Virus record (IMG/VR): IMGVR_UViG_3300010234_000031 | Location: 1-36,741 of that record | Length of the DNA: 36,741 nucleotides | Origin: a virus | Lineage: Duplodnaviria > Caudoviricetes | Direction: 5' to 3' (one strand) | Shown: in pieces, positions 8,022-17,393 of the stretch | How positions within the stretch are numbered: position 1 is the first letter of the stretch | How the letters are laid out: each line of letters starts with the position of its first letter | The notes under the pieces: model-generated | The model's input: the letters and a program-made list of their open reading frames with translations, nothing else | Databases searched by the model: none | Told to the model about the DNA's origin: nothing | Program-made: the position numbers and the translations under genes

Positions 8022-8390
8022 ATGCCTAAGAGTATCCCTGAATCCTTTGATGTAGAGCTAGGCGGCAAGACACGCTATATAAAATTCGGACCGTCCGCAC
8101 TGCGGCACGCCGAAATAAAAGGGCGTATCTACACGGCTGAACAAATGTCCAACATGACTTCCGCGCTACTGGCGGAATGGACTTGGGTGAGCCTACTGCC
8201 GGACGAGCCGAGCATAAAGGAAGTTACCGTGCTAAAGTGGCTGGCCGATACGGACGAGTTCGCCGTATACCAGCAAGTAGCTAAAGCCGTAGCGAGATAC
8301 TTACGGGCGCAACAGGATTTTACCGCCGCCATTCTTCCCGCCTTGGAGGAGATAACAAGCGGAGAGGAAACGGGAGAGGACGCGGACTAA
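8022..8390 (+). CDS. Tail assembly chaperone (G-like)
   Basis: VELGGKTRYIKF start; lies between tail tube and tape measure. Confidence 0.75.
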   Translation: MPKSIPESFDVELGGKTRYIKFGPSALRHAEIKGRIYTAEQMSNMTSALLAEWTWVSLLPDEPSIKEVTVLKWLADTDEFAVYQQVAKAVARYLRAQQDFTAAILPALEEITSGEETGEDAD

Positions 8391-8755
8391 AACCGCGTTC
8401 TCTCCTGACGGCGCAAGGTAGAGACGAAGCGGCCTTTATCTTCTGCGGTCTTACGCCGCGTCAGGTCGATCAGTTATCGTTTACAGAATTGTTCGGGCTT
8501 CTTTCCGCCGGCATAGAGCGGGAGGAAGCCGCGCGCATGAACGCATGGCAAAGGACGGCTTTTCTCACTGACGCGCTACATAACTACGCGGCCAACGGGC
8601 GGAAGCCGCGTAGCATGGAATACACATTTAACCAGCTATACCCCGAAGCCAGCGGAACGAAGCAAACGCCTACCTTAGAAGAGATCCGGAACGAGCTAGA
8701 CGCCGGCCGAGCGCGGAGCGCGGCAAGGCGGAAGCGCACGAAAAAACGAAGGTAG
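8318..8755 (+). CDS. Tail assembly chaperone T-like segment, probably expressed by -1 frameshift
   Basis: -1 frame open from 8285; GLTPRQVDQLSFTELF motif lies upstream of the annotated TTG start at 8489. Confidence 0.65.
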   Translation, partial: FYRRHSSRLGGDNKRRGNGRGRGLKPRSLLTAQGRDEAAFIFCGLTPRQVDQLSFTELFGLLSAGIEREEAARMNAWQRTAFLTDALHNYAANGRKPRSMEYTFNQLYPEASGTKQTPTLEEIRNELDAGRARSAARRKRTKKRR

Positions 8756-8759
8756 GAAC

Positions 8760-11700
8760 ATGAGCGGCGCACCTATTACGGAGCTTGTAGTACGGATCGG
8801 CACGGACGTACGGGAGCTAGAGCGGCTAAATGGCAAGGTTCAATCCGAGTTCAACAAGGTTGGAGAATCGGTAAGCCGCGTAGGCGCCGGTCTATCGCTG
8901 GCCGTAACGGCTCCAATATTGGCGTTCGGAGCTTCGGCAATATCCGCCGGCGCTAACTTTGAGGAAGGCATGAACAAGGTAAAAGCCTTGTCAGGTGCCA
9001 CGGGCGAAGACTTGGAAATGCTCACTAACCGAGCGAAGGAGTTAGGTAGCTCTACCAAGTTCAGCGCTTCACAAGCGGCGGACGCCATGAGCTTTCTAGC
9101 TATGGCCGGCTTCGACACGGCCGCCATCTACGAAGCCATGCCGTCCGTACTGAACGCCGCCGCCGCCGGAAACATGGACCTAGCCGAATCGGCGGACATT
9201 GTTTCTAACATTATGACCGGCTTCGGCATGACTGCCGACGAGACCGCCGGCGCGGTGGACATTCTGGTAGCCGGCTTCACGAACGCAAACACGGATCTAA
9301 GCCAGCTTGGTTCTGCCATGAGCTACGTAGCGCCGGTAGCTCGGTCCCTAGGGATGGACTTCGGGGACGTAACGACCGCCATCGGTCTTATGTCTAACGC
9401 TGGTATACAGGGAGACCGGGCCGGTACTTCTCTACGCGGAGCGCTGGCTAGGCTGGCGGCGCCTACTGACAAGGTTACGGCCCTATTGGGCAACTTTGGG
9501 CTAACTATGGACGCGTCCAAAGACGGTATGGTTGGAATGTTCAGCGGCGTAGAGAAGACCGTATACGCGCTAAAGGACATGGACGGCAACCTAAAGCCGA
9601 TCCCGGAGCTACTTAAAGCCTTAGAGGCTTCCGGTATGGACGCCGGGACAATGATGACGATTTTTGGCCAGCGCGCCGGGCCGGGTATGCTGGCAATGAT
9701 AGACCAAGGCATGCCGGCTTTTGAAGAGCTACGCCAGACGCTAGAGGATTCCGGCGGTTCGGCAGAGTACGTAGCCGGCACTATGCAGGAAGGACTTAAG
9801 GGCGCCGTAACGGAATTAAAATCCGCTATGGAAGGATTGCAAATAGCAATCTCCGGCGCCGGTATTCAAGGCGTGCTTGAAACGCTGGTAGATACTATGT
9901 CTTTCGTTATCCGGGCTTTCACGGAGGCACCGCCTTGGGTGATGAACCTAGGTGTGGCCGTGGGTGCGCTAGCGGCGGCCATCGGGCCATTGCTTTTTAT
10001 CACTGGAAAGCTAATGGTAATGTTCGGGCCGGGCGGCACTATGACCGTAGGGCTTGCGGCCGTAAAGGCCGGCTTCGCTACAGTGGCTACGGCGCTAGGG
10101 CCGGTAGGGCTTGCCATTGCGGCCGTGGTGGCCGCCGTAGCGCTTCTAATCCTGAATTGGGAGGAAGTTACCGGGTGGATGGGAGAGCGCTTTCCGAAGG
10201 TTGTGGAGGCGTTCAAGGCCATATGGGGAAGCCTACAAGACGCGTTCGCGCGAGTGGGCGAAGCCTTCGAAGGCGTAGGCGGTAGCTTCGGCACGGTCTC
10301 CGAATTTATCGGCATGGCTATAAAGGGCATTTACGAAGTGGCGGACACGGTACTAACGCCGCTAGTCCAGCTATTCGGCTTCGCGTTTGGCAACATGCTA
10401 GACGGCGTGGTTATGGTCTTTGAGCTAATGGCTAACGCGTGGAAAACGATGTTCTCCGTGTTCGGGAATATCTTCGAAGCGGCGTTTAATGTGCTAACCG
10501 GGAATTGGGGCGCCGCGTGGGACAACATAAAGGCGGTCTTCGGAGACATTTGGGTAGGCATAAAAGAGGCGTTCAAGATTGGGCTTAAAGCGCTAATCAA
10601 CATGCTACCGGGATGGGCGCAAGACATGCTAGGCTTGTCGGACGCCTTCGAAGAGAATACCGAGCTATCTAAGAAAGCTCTAGAGGACATGGCGGCGGCC
10701 ACGGCCAGAACAGCCACGGACACGGGCGCCGATTTTGCTTCGATGGACGCGGCGCTAGCCGGCACCACGGACGCCACGGCGGCGCTATCCGAAGAGACGC
10801 GGGACGCTATCGCGGCTATGGGAGACGAAGCCGACGCGGCCGAAGACGCGGCCACGGCGGCGGCCCTATTGGGCGAAGAGAACGAAGAGACCGAAAAGAA
10901 GACGGAGAGTAGCCGGAAGGTAGTAGAGAAGACTACCACCAGCTACGAAGACTTCGGCGGCGTTCTGATAAAAGTAACCAGCGAAACGCGGAAGGTAGGT
11001 AACGAAAAGACCGTGCTTACCGGCATTACGCGGGAGCTAGGCGGCGCCGTAATAGAGGAAGGCGCGGCGTTTGCCGTGCTGGCCGGCCGGGTTACGGAGT
11101 GGGGCGCGGCCACGGCGCAAGCGCTGAACCCGCTACAACAATTAAAGACGGATGGCACGGACCCGGCTAGTCAGTCTATACGCGGCCTAGAGCAGTCTAC
11201 AATCGACGCGGCCAAGGCGGCTTATGACCAAGCGCATGCCGGCGGCGGCGGCCTAGCGGGTGCCATAGCGGAGACCACGCGGCTAATGACGGGCGCGGGT
11301 GGATGGCAAGGCGCCATCGGCGCGGTAATGGAGAAGTTCGGCGGCCCGTCTTCGGGTCTGACCGGATCTATCTTCGGCGTTGTCAACTCCATAACCGGAG
11401 GCGGCGGAATCGGCGGAGCCGTGGGCGGCCTACTCGGACAGCTAGGTATGGGCGGCGGACTCGGCGGCGTTCTCGGCGGAGCCGTGGGGCTACTGACCGG
11501 AGAAGGCGGATTCGGGGACGCGGTACTAGGCGTGGCCGGAATGATACCGGGAATCGGTACAGCCATAACCGGCGTAACCGCCGTGCTGGACATGTTCGGA
11601 ATCGACGCGGGAAAGATTCTGGACAAGGTGGCCGGGACCGTCGTAAAGAAGGTAGGCGACATCGGGAAGGCCATCGGGAAGGCGCTAGGTATTGGGCGCA

Positions 11701-12809
11701 ACACGGACGGCACGGTAGCCCATCAAGTACAGCAAGCCGCACTAGAGGCGGTGAACAAGCTACGGGACGAAGAAGGGCTTAATTGGGTGCAAGCCGTACA
11801 GCAGGTAGCGCAGTCTCTACTTGGAACGCAAGGCATGAACGACCTAGGCCACGACACGCTAGAGAAGATCGCTCAATTCATTTCGCCGGGGATCGGCGCC
11901 AACACTTCGGCCACGATAGAGGAAGCCATACAGAAGTACCTAGACCGAAACACGGACCTCGGCGCCACGCAAGCGGAGGCGGCGGCCAAGGCGCTAGCTA
12001 GTCTGGAAGCGGGACAGTGGAAACTAAACAAGTGGGGAAGCAACTCGGAGGAATTCCGGGCGCTAGTAATGTCTATGTCCGGCGTAACGCAAGCCGAAGT
12101 AGACGAAGCACAGGCGGCGCTGGACTACGCGAAATGGTACGCCGAGAATTACGATAGCGACGGGGAATGGGTCGGCGGCGGATCGGAGCCGGGGAACGGC
12201 CACGGCACGCTACCGGACAGTAAGACCGGCGGCGCCGGAGACGCGGACGATGATGTAGCCGGGCCGGGAGCGGCGGCGCAACAGACGGCCGACGCGGAAG
12301 CGCGCCAGCTAGCATTACTGGAAGAGCTAGGCAAGAAGGTATCGCACGTAATGGACCAAGCCGGGGCGTCCATAACCGGAGCCGAAGGCGCGGCCGTGGC
12401 TGGCGATTGGGCGCGGGTCCGTCCGCTAATGCAAGATGCGGCCTTTGCGTACCGTAGGGTCTTAGGGGATCTGAACGCGGCCGGCGCGGATCGTGGCGTA
12501 CTGGAAGGCATAGAGACAGCCGCAAGCCGTGGCGAACACCTAGCGTCGGAAGCGGCGCAAGCCGGCCAGATGGGCGAAGCCGAAATGGCTATGCACATGC
12601 TGGAAGAGGCGTTGCAATTCATGGCGTCTATCGACCTACCGACAATCGTAGACGGCCTAAAGGCGGCGGTAAGCAACGCCACGGGAACGGGCGACGGCGG
12701 AGCGCCGACGCAAACCATTAACGTGAACATGGACGGGGCTACAGTGGCGTCCGTCGTAGCGGAGAATCTGCCCGAAGTGGTGAACGTAACCACGGGGCGC
12801 GGAGCGTAG
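8760..12809 (+). CDS. Tape measure protein, TP901 family (1349 aa)
   Basis: FEEGMNKVKALSGAT, TKFSASQAADAMSFLAMAGF, GIQGDRAGTSLR; Trp-periodic repeats. Confidence 0.95.
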   Translation: MSGAPITELVVRIGTDVRELERLNGKVQSEFNKVGESVSRVGAGLSLAVTAPILAFGASAISAGANFEEGMNKVKALSGATGEDLEMLTNRAKELGSSTKFSASQAADAMSFLAMAGFDTAAIYEAMPSVLNAAAAGNMDLAESADIVSNIMTGFGMTADETAGAVDILVAGFTNANTDLSQLGSAMSYVAPVARSLGMDFGDVTTAIGLMSNAGIQGDRAGTSLRGALARLAAPTDKVTALLGNFGLTMDASKDGMVGMFSGVEKTVYALKDMDGNLKPIPELLKALEASGMDAGTMMTIFGQRAGPGMLAMIDQGMPAFEELRQTLEDSGGSAEYVAGTMQEGLKGAVTELKSAMEGLQIAISGAGIQGVLETLVDTMSFVIRAFTEAPPWVMNLGVAVGALAAAIGPLLFITGKLMVMFGPGGTMTVGLAAVKAGFATVATALGPVGLAIAAVVAAVALLILNWEEVTGWMGERFPKVVEAFKAIWGSLQDAFARVGEAFEGVGGSFGTVSEFIGMAIKGIYEVADTVLTPLVQLFGFAFGNMLDGVVMVFELMANAWKTMFSVFGNIFEAAFNVLTGNWGAAWDNIKAVFGDIWVGIKEAFKIGLKALINMLPGWAQDMLGLSDAFEENTELSKKALEDMAAATARTATDTGADFASMDAALAGTTDATAALSEETRDAIAAMGDEADAAEDAATAAALLGEENEETEKKTESSRKVVEKTTTSYEDFGGVLIKVTSETRKVGNEKTVLTGITRELGGAVIEEGAAFAVLAGRVTEWGAATAQALNPLQQLKTDGTDPASQSIRGLEQSTIDAAKAAYDQAHAGGGGLAGAIAETTRLMTGAGGWQGAIGAVMEKFGGPSSGLTGSIFGVVNSITGGGGIGGAVGGLLGQLGMGGGLGGVLGGAVGLLTGEGGFGDAVLGVAGMIPGIGTAITGVTAVLDMFGIDAGKILDKVAGTVVKKVGDIGKAIGKALGIGRNTDGTVAHQVQQAALEAVNKLRDEEGLNWVQAVQQVAQSLLGTQGMNDLGHDTLEKIAQFISPGIGANTSATIEEAIQKYLDRNTDLGATQAEAAAKALASLEAGQWKLNKWGSNSEEFRALVMSMSGVTQAEVDEAQAALDYAKWYAENYDSDGEWVGGGSEPGNGHGTLPDSKTGGAGDADDDVAGPGAAAQQTADAEARQLALLEELGKKVSHVMDQAGASITGAEGAAVAGDWARVRPLMQDAAFAYRRVLGDLNAAGADRGVLEGIETAASRGEHLASEAAQAGQMGEAEMAMHMLEEALQFMASIDLPTIVDGLKAAVSNATGTGDGGAPTQTINVNMDGATVASVVAENLPEVVNVTTGRGA

Positions 12810-12869
12810 GACGGGTTTCAGTCGGCATTGCGGGAGCGTGACAGCGCCGCAGTGGGAACGCGGTCTACC

Positions 12870-12906
12870 GGGCCGGTCTTTCGCGGGGCCGGCCCATTCT
12901 TTTTTT
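12870..12906 (+). terminator. Rho-independent terminator after tape measure
   Basis: GGGCCGGTCTT-TCGC-GGGGCCGGCCC-ATTCTTTTTTT. Confidence 0.8.
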
Positions 12907-12915
12907 CATCTTTTT

Positions 12916-12990
12916 TGTTGCAAGATGTTGACACATATACAATCCTTGTTGTATGTTTGGAACAAGCGACAACGAAACCACGCCGAAACA
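12916..12990 (+). promoter_or_regulatory. Early promoter cassette P2
   Basis: TTGACA 12928-12933, 18 nt, TATGTT 12952-12957; shared flanking motifs. Confidence 0.8.
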
Positions 12991-13251
12991 ATGACCGCAC
13001 TTGCACTCGCCACTGTCCGCCACGCCACGAAAGCCCTTCTTACCGAGACGAACGAAGCGAAGATCGCTAGGCATTACGAAGTAATAGACGCGGCATACAG
13101 CGGCGCATGGATCGCCGGAACGGACGAGCCAGTGACCACTAACGGCGTCTACCGCTATCAGTATAGCTGGAACCCGTCTTTGGGGTGCAAGGGATGGTAC
13201 AATCTGGATACGGACATTGTGGAAATGGCAGACCCGTACGCCATCCGATAA
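12991..13251 (+). CDS. Hypothetical early protein (86 aa)
   Basis: CGAAACAATG start after P2. Confidence 0.7.
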   Translation: MTALALATVRHATKALLTETNEAKIARHYEVIDAAYSGAWIAGTDEPVTTNGVYRYQYSWNPSLGCKGWYNLDTDIVEMADPYAIR

Positions 13252-13298
13252 CCGAAACCGAAGCCGGGCGCCAATGGCGCCCAAAGACAAGCGAAGCC

Positions 13299-13568
13299 AT
13301 GAACGTTATCCAATTTGCAGAGCGCGTCCGGAATCTCTTCGTAGAAGACAACCGGGAAGAGCTTACAGCCGGCGGAGAAGAGCGCGTAGCCTACGCGTCT
13401 ACGTTTCTGCAACGAGAGTTCCGGGCATTCTTCGAAGGCGAGACGGACGCCTACAGGGCCATCCGGGACGGCATAGCGTGGGGAAGCATTTCGGAGCGCG
13501 TAGGCGCGCGCATGCTAGCGGACGAATACAGCAATACTTGGAAAACCATACACGGGGCGAAGCAATGA
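13299..13568 (+). CDS. Hypothetical protein (89 aa)
   Basis: CGAAGCCATG start; ATGA overlap with next gene. Confidence 0.7.
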   Translation: MNVIQFAERVRNLFVEDNREELTAGGEERVAYASTFLQREFRAFFEGETDAYRAIRDGIAWGSISERVGARMLADEYSNTWKTIHGAKQ

Positions 13569-14248
13569 AAATCACAATCGTAACGCCGGTCTGGAAGCGG
13601 CCGGCCGTATCCATTCCGGTAATCGCTAGCTGGCCTAGGAACGAGATTTGGAATACGGTAATAGTCGGGAGCGAAGGCGCGGCCAGCCGGGAGCTATACG
13701 AAGGCTTCGGTAGCTACATAGAGTATCCGAACAAGCCACTAGGCGCGAAATTCAACGCCGGTATTTTGCACGCGCTAGCCGAAGGCGCGGACTACGTACT
13801 GATAATGGGAAGCGATACGCTGGCGACCGGGGACGCGTGGGGCCGTTGGCAATCGCTAGCCGTGCGCGGAGTGGCCTACGCCGGCGTGCGGGACGCGTGG
13901 ATAGTAAACGCCGTAGAGGCGCGGCTATGGCCGGGCTACACGAACCATAGAGCCGGCCAGCCTATCGGACCGGGCCGCCTTCTATCGGCCGCCACGCTAA
14001 GAGCCAGCGCGCTATACCACCCTGACCTATCGTTTAATCTGGACGCCAGCCTAGACGCCACGCTACCAGAGCCGGACTACGTTCTAGAGCTAGCGGAATC
14101 GGCCGGGTTCGCGTCTCTTAAAACCAGTGGGTCCATTACGTCCACGGGCCGATACAAAGGCGTTACGGAAACTATTAGGGCTTCGGAATTCCTCCGGTTC
14201 TACCACCCGGATCTAATCGGGCTAGCGCCCCTACTGGCTAGGCACTAA
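13565..14248 (+). CDS. GT-A fold glycosyltransferase-like protein 2 (paralog of 6844-7551)
   Basis: ITIVTPVWKR, VGSEG, YIEYPNKPLGAKFNAG, VLIMGSD, NLDAS. Confidence 0.7.
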   Translation: MKITIVTPVWKRPAVSIPVIASWPRNEIWNTVIVGSEGAASRELYEGFGSYIEYPNKPLGAKFNAGILHALAEGADYVLIMGSDTLATGDAWGRWQSLAVRGVAYAGVRDAWIVNAVEARLWPGYTNHRAGQPIGPGRLLSAATLRASALYHPDLSFNLDASLDATLPEPDYVLELAESAGFASLKTSGSITSTGRYKGVTETIRASEFLRFYHPDLIGLAPLLARH

Positions 14249-14255
14249 AAATAAT

Positions 14256-14324
14256 CGTTGTAAGGTGTTGACAATGGTAGCGCGGCGTTGTATTATTACA
14301 ACAAGCAAACGAACAAGCGCCGCC
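14256..14324 (+). promoter_or_regulatory. Early promoter cassette P3
   Basis: TTGACA 14268-14273, 17 nt, TATTAT 14291-14296; perfect GTTGTA-N4-TACAAC. Confidence 0.85.
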
Positions 14325-14711
14325 ATGAAAGCCTACAGAATACTCGGAACGACGGAAGAGCATACAACGTGCTGGAATTGCGGACGCGAAGACCTTACCA
14401 AGACCGTCGTAATGGGCGTGCTGGACGCGGACGGAAACGTAGTAGCCGCCGAATACATGGGGACTACGTGCGCCAGCCACGCCGCGAAGATGGACCAGAA
14501 AGACGTAACGAAGGAAGCGCGCGCGGCGGATACGGCCAAGGCCGAAGCGGAAGCACGCCAGCGCCGCGCGGACAACCGCACAAAGGAAGACGTAATAGCC
14601 GAACGGATCGAAGAAATCTTGGGCATGCCGTTTAGCACCGCAGTTTCTACGCTCGGTCCGGCGGCCATCTGGAAGGCACGCGGCGAAGCAAAACGCCAGC
14701 TTGCCGCATAA
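14325..14711 (+). CDS. Hypothetical Zn-binding protein (128 aa)
   Basis: CWNCGR...GTTCA cysteine pattern plus helical tail. Confidence 0.75.
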   Translation: MKAYRILGTTEEHTTCWNCGREDLTKTVVMGVLDADGNVVAAEYMGTTCASHAAKMDQKDVTKEARAADTAKAEAEARQRRADNRTKEDVIAERIEEILGMPFSTAVSTLGPAAIWKARGEAKRQLAA

Positions 14712-14738
14712 CTCACACAACATAGACCGGACGAAAAA

Positions 14739-15032
14739 ATGACAGTAGCCGAAGCGATCGACCAAGTAAACGCCGCCGCCACGCACGGAAGCGTAGATGG
14801 GCATACGATCTTAGCCACGGACGGGGAAAACGACTTCCGCGTAGAGCGGGTTCTCGAAGGGTTCAGCGTGCGCGTGCATCTGTATATGAATAGCTCGCCC
14901 GTCTTCTACAACGTGGACGCGAAGCACTCCGTAAAGGAAGCATGGCGCCGGCTGGACGAGAAGGTTAGAACGCTGGCGGACGAGCGCCGCGCGACTAGCT
15001 ACAGAAGCGCCTTGGACTTTTTTTCTAATTAA
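14739..15032 (+). CDS. Hypothetical protein (97 aa)
   Basis: ORF with A-rich leader, fills the gap. Confidence 0.7.
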   Translation: MTVAEAIDQVNAAATHGSVDGHTILATDGENDFRVERVLEGFSVRVHLYMNSSPVFYNVDAKHSVKEAWRRLDEKVRTLADERRATSYRSALDFFSN

Positions 15033-15033
15033 T

Positions 15034-15105
15034 TGTTGCAAGGTGTTGACAACAACCCTGTAAGGTTGTATGTTTACAACAAGCAAACGAACAACGGACG
15101 AGACA
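15034..15105 (+). promoter_or_regulatory. Early promoter cassette P4
   Basis: TTGACA 15046-15051, 17 nt, TATGTT 15069-15074; perfect GTTGTA-N4-TACAAC. Confidence 0.85.
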
Positions 15106-15408
15106 ATGACCAACGCCGAAGCCAGAGCAACCGCCGCCACGTTTACCGCACTTGAACAGAAGACCGTTAGCGCCTTCGTTGCATGCCTGTACGCGGAGCC
15201 GGGATTTAGCGACGTAAACGCCCCGGACCTAGTAGTAGAGACGGGAATCCCGATGGCGCAAATGCGCGGCGTCTTGTCTTCCCTGACGCAGAAAGGCGTC
15301 TTGGACGTAGACGAAGAATTCCAGCACGGCGGTTACGGGATTATCTATCTCCGCCAGAAGTTTTACTTCCTGCATCCGGACGAATACTGGCAAGCCGAGT
15401 GCAAGTAG
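15106..15408 (+). CDS. Winged-helix-like protein (100 aa)
   Basis: DLVVETGIPMAQMRGVLSSLTQKGVL wHTH pattern. Confidence 0.65.
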   Translation: MTNAEARATAATFTALEQKTVSAFVACLYAEPGFSDVNAPDLVVETGIPMAQMRGVLSSLTQKGVLDVDEEFQHGGYGIIYLRQKFYFLHPDEYWQAECK

Positions 15409-15427
15409 GCCAGCACGCCCCGGCGCC

Positions 15428-15458
15428 GCCCGTAGTCTTTAAGTAGGCTACGGGCTTT
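15428..15458 (+). terminator. Possible weak terminator
   Basis: GCCCGTAGTCT-ttaagt-AGGCTACGGGC-TTT. Confidence 0.5.
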
Positions 15459-15485
15459 CCGGGTGAAACCAAACGAGACATTACG

Positions 15486-15992
15486 ATGGCACGCGCACAC
15501 TACGTAAAGAAAGCACGCAAGGACAACCCGGTAGCCAAGAAGGGCGAGAGCTACTACTGGTGGAAATTCGCCTTCGGAGCGAAGCGGTACAGCAAGACGA
15601 AGCCGAGAGCCAGCCAGCTTACGCAATCCGCGTACTTCGGCACGCTATACGATCTGGCAGACAGCGTAGATACGAGCCGGGAAGATTTCGAAGAGGCGGC
15701 CGAAGAAATCGGGACCGCGCTACAGGAGCTTTACGAAGAGACCGAAGAGAAGCTATACAACATGCCGGACAGCTTGCAGGAAGCGCCTACCGGCCAGCTT
15801 TTGCAAGAGCGGATGCAAGCGCTGGAATCCGCAATGGAAGAGATCGAAAGCGCCGACCGCCCGGACACGGAGATAGACCGTAGCACTTTCGGATCGGACG
15901 AAGAATGGGACGAAGCCCAAGACGAGCTAGGGGAAGAGATCGACAACTTTTGGAGCGAAATTGAAAACGCGATTTCAGACGCGCAGGTATAG
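15486..15992 (+). CDS. Hypothetical protein with basic N-terminus and very acidic helical C-terminus
   Basis: MARAHYVKKARKD...YYWWKF followed by an E/D-rich region. Confidence 0.8.
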   Translation: MARAHYVKKARKDNPVAKKGESYYWWKFAFGAKRYSKTKPRASQLTQSAYFGTLYDLADSVDTSREDFEEAAEEIGTALQELYEETEEKLYNMPDSLQEAPTGQLLQERMQALESAMEEIESADRPDTEIDRSTFGSDEEWDEAQDELGEEIDNFWSEIENAISDAQV

Positions 15993-15996
15993 AGCT

Positions 15997-16230
15997 ATGC
16001 CAGTAACGACACTAACGGCGGCCAACGTGCAAGTAGAGCTAGATTGTCTGGCCGGCTTGCACGTTGGCGAAGCCAAGAACCTACGAGCCACGGCGCACGC
16101 CGCGCGAAAGGCCGGCGCCCCGTTCTTGGCATGGACCAATACCCAAGCCGCCATACGGGCCATCCAGCAAGCTAGACGCGTACGCGCACTGGCTACTAAA
16201 TTCCGTAACGAGTGGACCACCAACGACTAG
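15997..16230 (+). CDS. Hypothetical protein (77 aa)
   Basis: Tightly packed ORF. Confidence 0.55.
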   Translation: MPVTTLTAANVQVELDCLAGLHVGEAKNLRATAHAARKAGAPFLAWTNTQAAIRAIQQARRVRALATKFRNEWTTND

Positions 16231-16234
16231 AATA

Positions 16235-16687
16235 ATGGCAAAACGAACAGACCTACTGAAAGAGATCCGGAACGCCGTAGACGAGCTAACGGATACCGTA
16301 GCTTCCGGGGACGATACACCGGAGAACCTACGAGCGCACGCCGCCGAAGACCTACGCAGTACAGCGCGCGCACTGGCGCACCACGGCCAGACGCTAACGC
16401 CGGATAGTCCGCCGATGATAGAGAAGACCTACGCGAAGGGAAACGGGAAGCCGGCCGGCACGGTCCGCCTTTGGGCGCTAGGCGATTTCGATTCCTTCGC
16501 GGCGCCCGGAGACGTTTACCTAGATGGCGCCGGCCTAGTGCGGCATGATTCCTTCGGAGGCGCTAGCTACTGGCACCATAGCGGCGTAGAGGACGCGGAA
16601 ACGTGGCGGTGGATTGCAACCGAAATGGGCGCCACCGGGCCGCCATATGAATCCGAAGATGGCGAAACGATTACAAGCTCGAAATAG
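16235..16687 (+). CDS. Hypothetical protein (150 aa)
   Basis: Tightly packed ORF with genome-typical codons. Confidence 0.7.
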   Translation: MAKRTDLLKEIRNAVDELTDTVASGDDTPENLRAHAAEDLRSTARALAHHGQTLTPDSPPMIEKTYAKGNGKPAGTVRLWALGDFDSFAAPGDVYLDGAGLVRHDSFGGASYWHHSGVEDAETWRWIATEMGATGPPYESEDGETITSSK

Positions 16688-16868
16688 CTACGGCCAGATA
16701 TGGCGGTGCCGCGCGTGCGGGTTGTCTGCGGCCGATTGGCACGCGCGGCGCGCGGCCCATAACGGCGTACTTGTCAGGCGCGCGGTACGGTCTTACAAGG
16801 CGGACCCAAGAATATGCACGCAATGCGTCGAAGACATTCAAAAGAGGAAAGAGAATGGAAGACCGTAG
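16659..16868 (+). CDS. Small Zn-finger protein
   Basis: CRAC...CTQC. Confidence 0.55.
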   Translation: MAKRLQARNSYGQIWRCRACGLSAADWHARRAAHNGVLVRRAVRSYKADPRICTQCVEDIQKRKENGRP

Positions 16869-17376
16869 AACGTTCCTAGCGAAGCTCACTGGCGGCGCAC
16901 TGGCCGCGTGGGCCAGCGGCAAGAAGGCCGGCGAAGTGCTGGTAGAGCCGAAGCCAGACGCACTAGCGGAGTACCTAGACGTAGAGATAGCGCGGCCGGC
17001 GCTTCCGGTTAGCGATTGCGTTCTATCGGTACGGCCGGAAGGCGGAGACATAGGGATAAGACTACTATGCGAGAACATAGAACTAGAGCAAACGCGGGAC
17101 GCCTTACGCGGTCCGGACTTGCCTAACTATGCGCCAACCTACAAGGCCGGCAAGCGGCGGAGAAAGATAACGGCGCACCTAGGGCCGGGCGTCTTGTCGC
17201 CACGCATGGCGCAAAGGCTAATGGCTATGGAGCGCGTACAATTCATGGCGGAAGCCAGACCGTACGAAATAGCCGGCCACGGCTTCGTAGTCCAAGTAGA
17301 CCAGTACGAGCCGGACACGGGCGCGCGCGTGGTTATAGAAGTATCTGGAAAGCCGTTAATATCCCACAACGAATAA
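16855..17376 (+). CDS. Twin-arginine-signal protein with a tail-tube-like domain (173 aa)
   Basis: MEDRRTFLAKLTGGALAAWA-S; C-terminal part aligns by eye with the tail tube protein 7556-8002. Confidence 0.6.
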   Translation: MEDRRTFLAKLTGGALAAWASGKKAGEVLVEPKPDALAEYLDVEIARPALPVSDCVLSVRPEGGDIGIRLLCENIELEQTRDALRGPDLPNYAPTYKAGKRRRKITAHLGPGVLSPRMAQRLMAMERVQFMAEARPYEIAGHGFVVQVDQYEPDTGARVVIEVSGKPLISHNE

Positions 17377-17393
17377 CCTAGACCAGCGAAGCA

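Noticed and set aside
8840-12793. Series of minus-strand ORFs opposite the tape measure (and similar ones opposite other genes)
   Set aside because: Antisense shadows of GC-rich coding sequence with no motifs or promoters
12810-12869. tRNA or known ncRNA after the tape measure
   Set aside because: Only one short stem (CATTGCGG/CCGCAGTG); no cloverleaf or T-loop motif
13217-13564. Arg-rich N-terminal extension of glycosyltransferase 2 (also extensions of terL from 34264 and recT from 21007)
   Set aside because: Overlaps upstream genes; better starts at 13565, 34405 and 21109 with coupling or leader motifs
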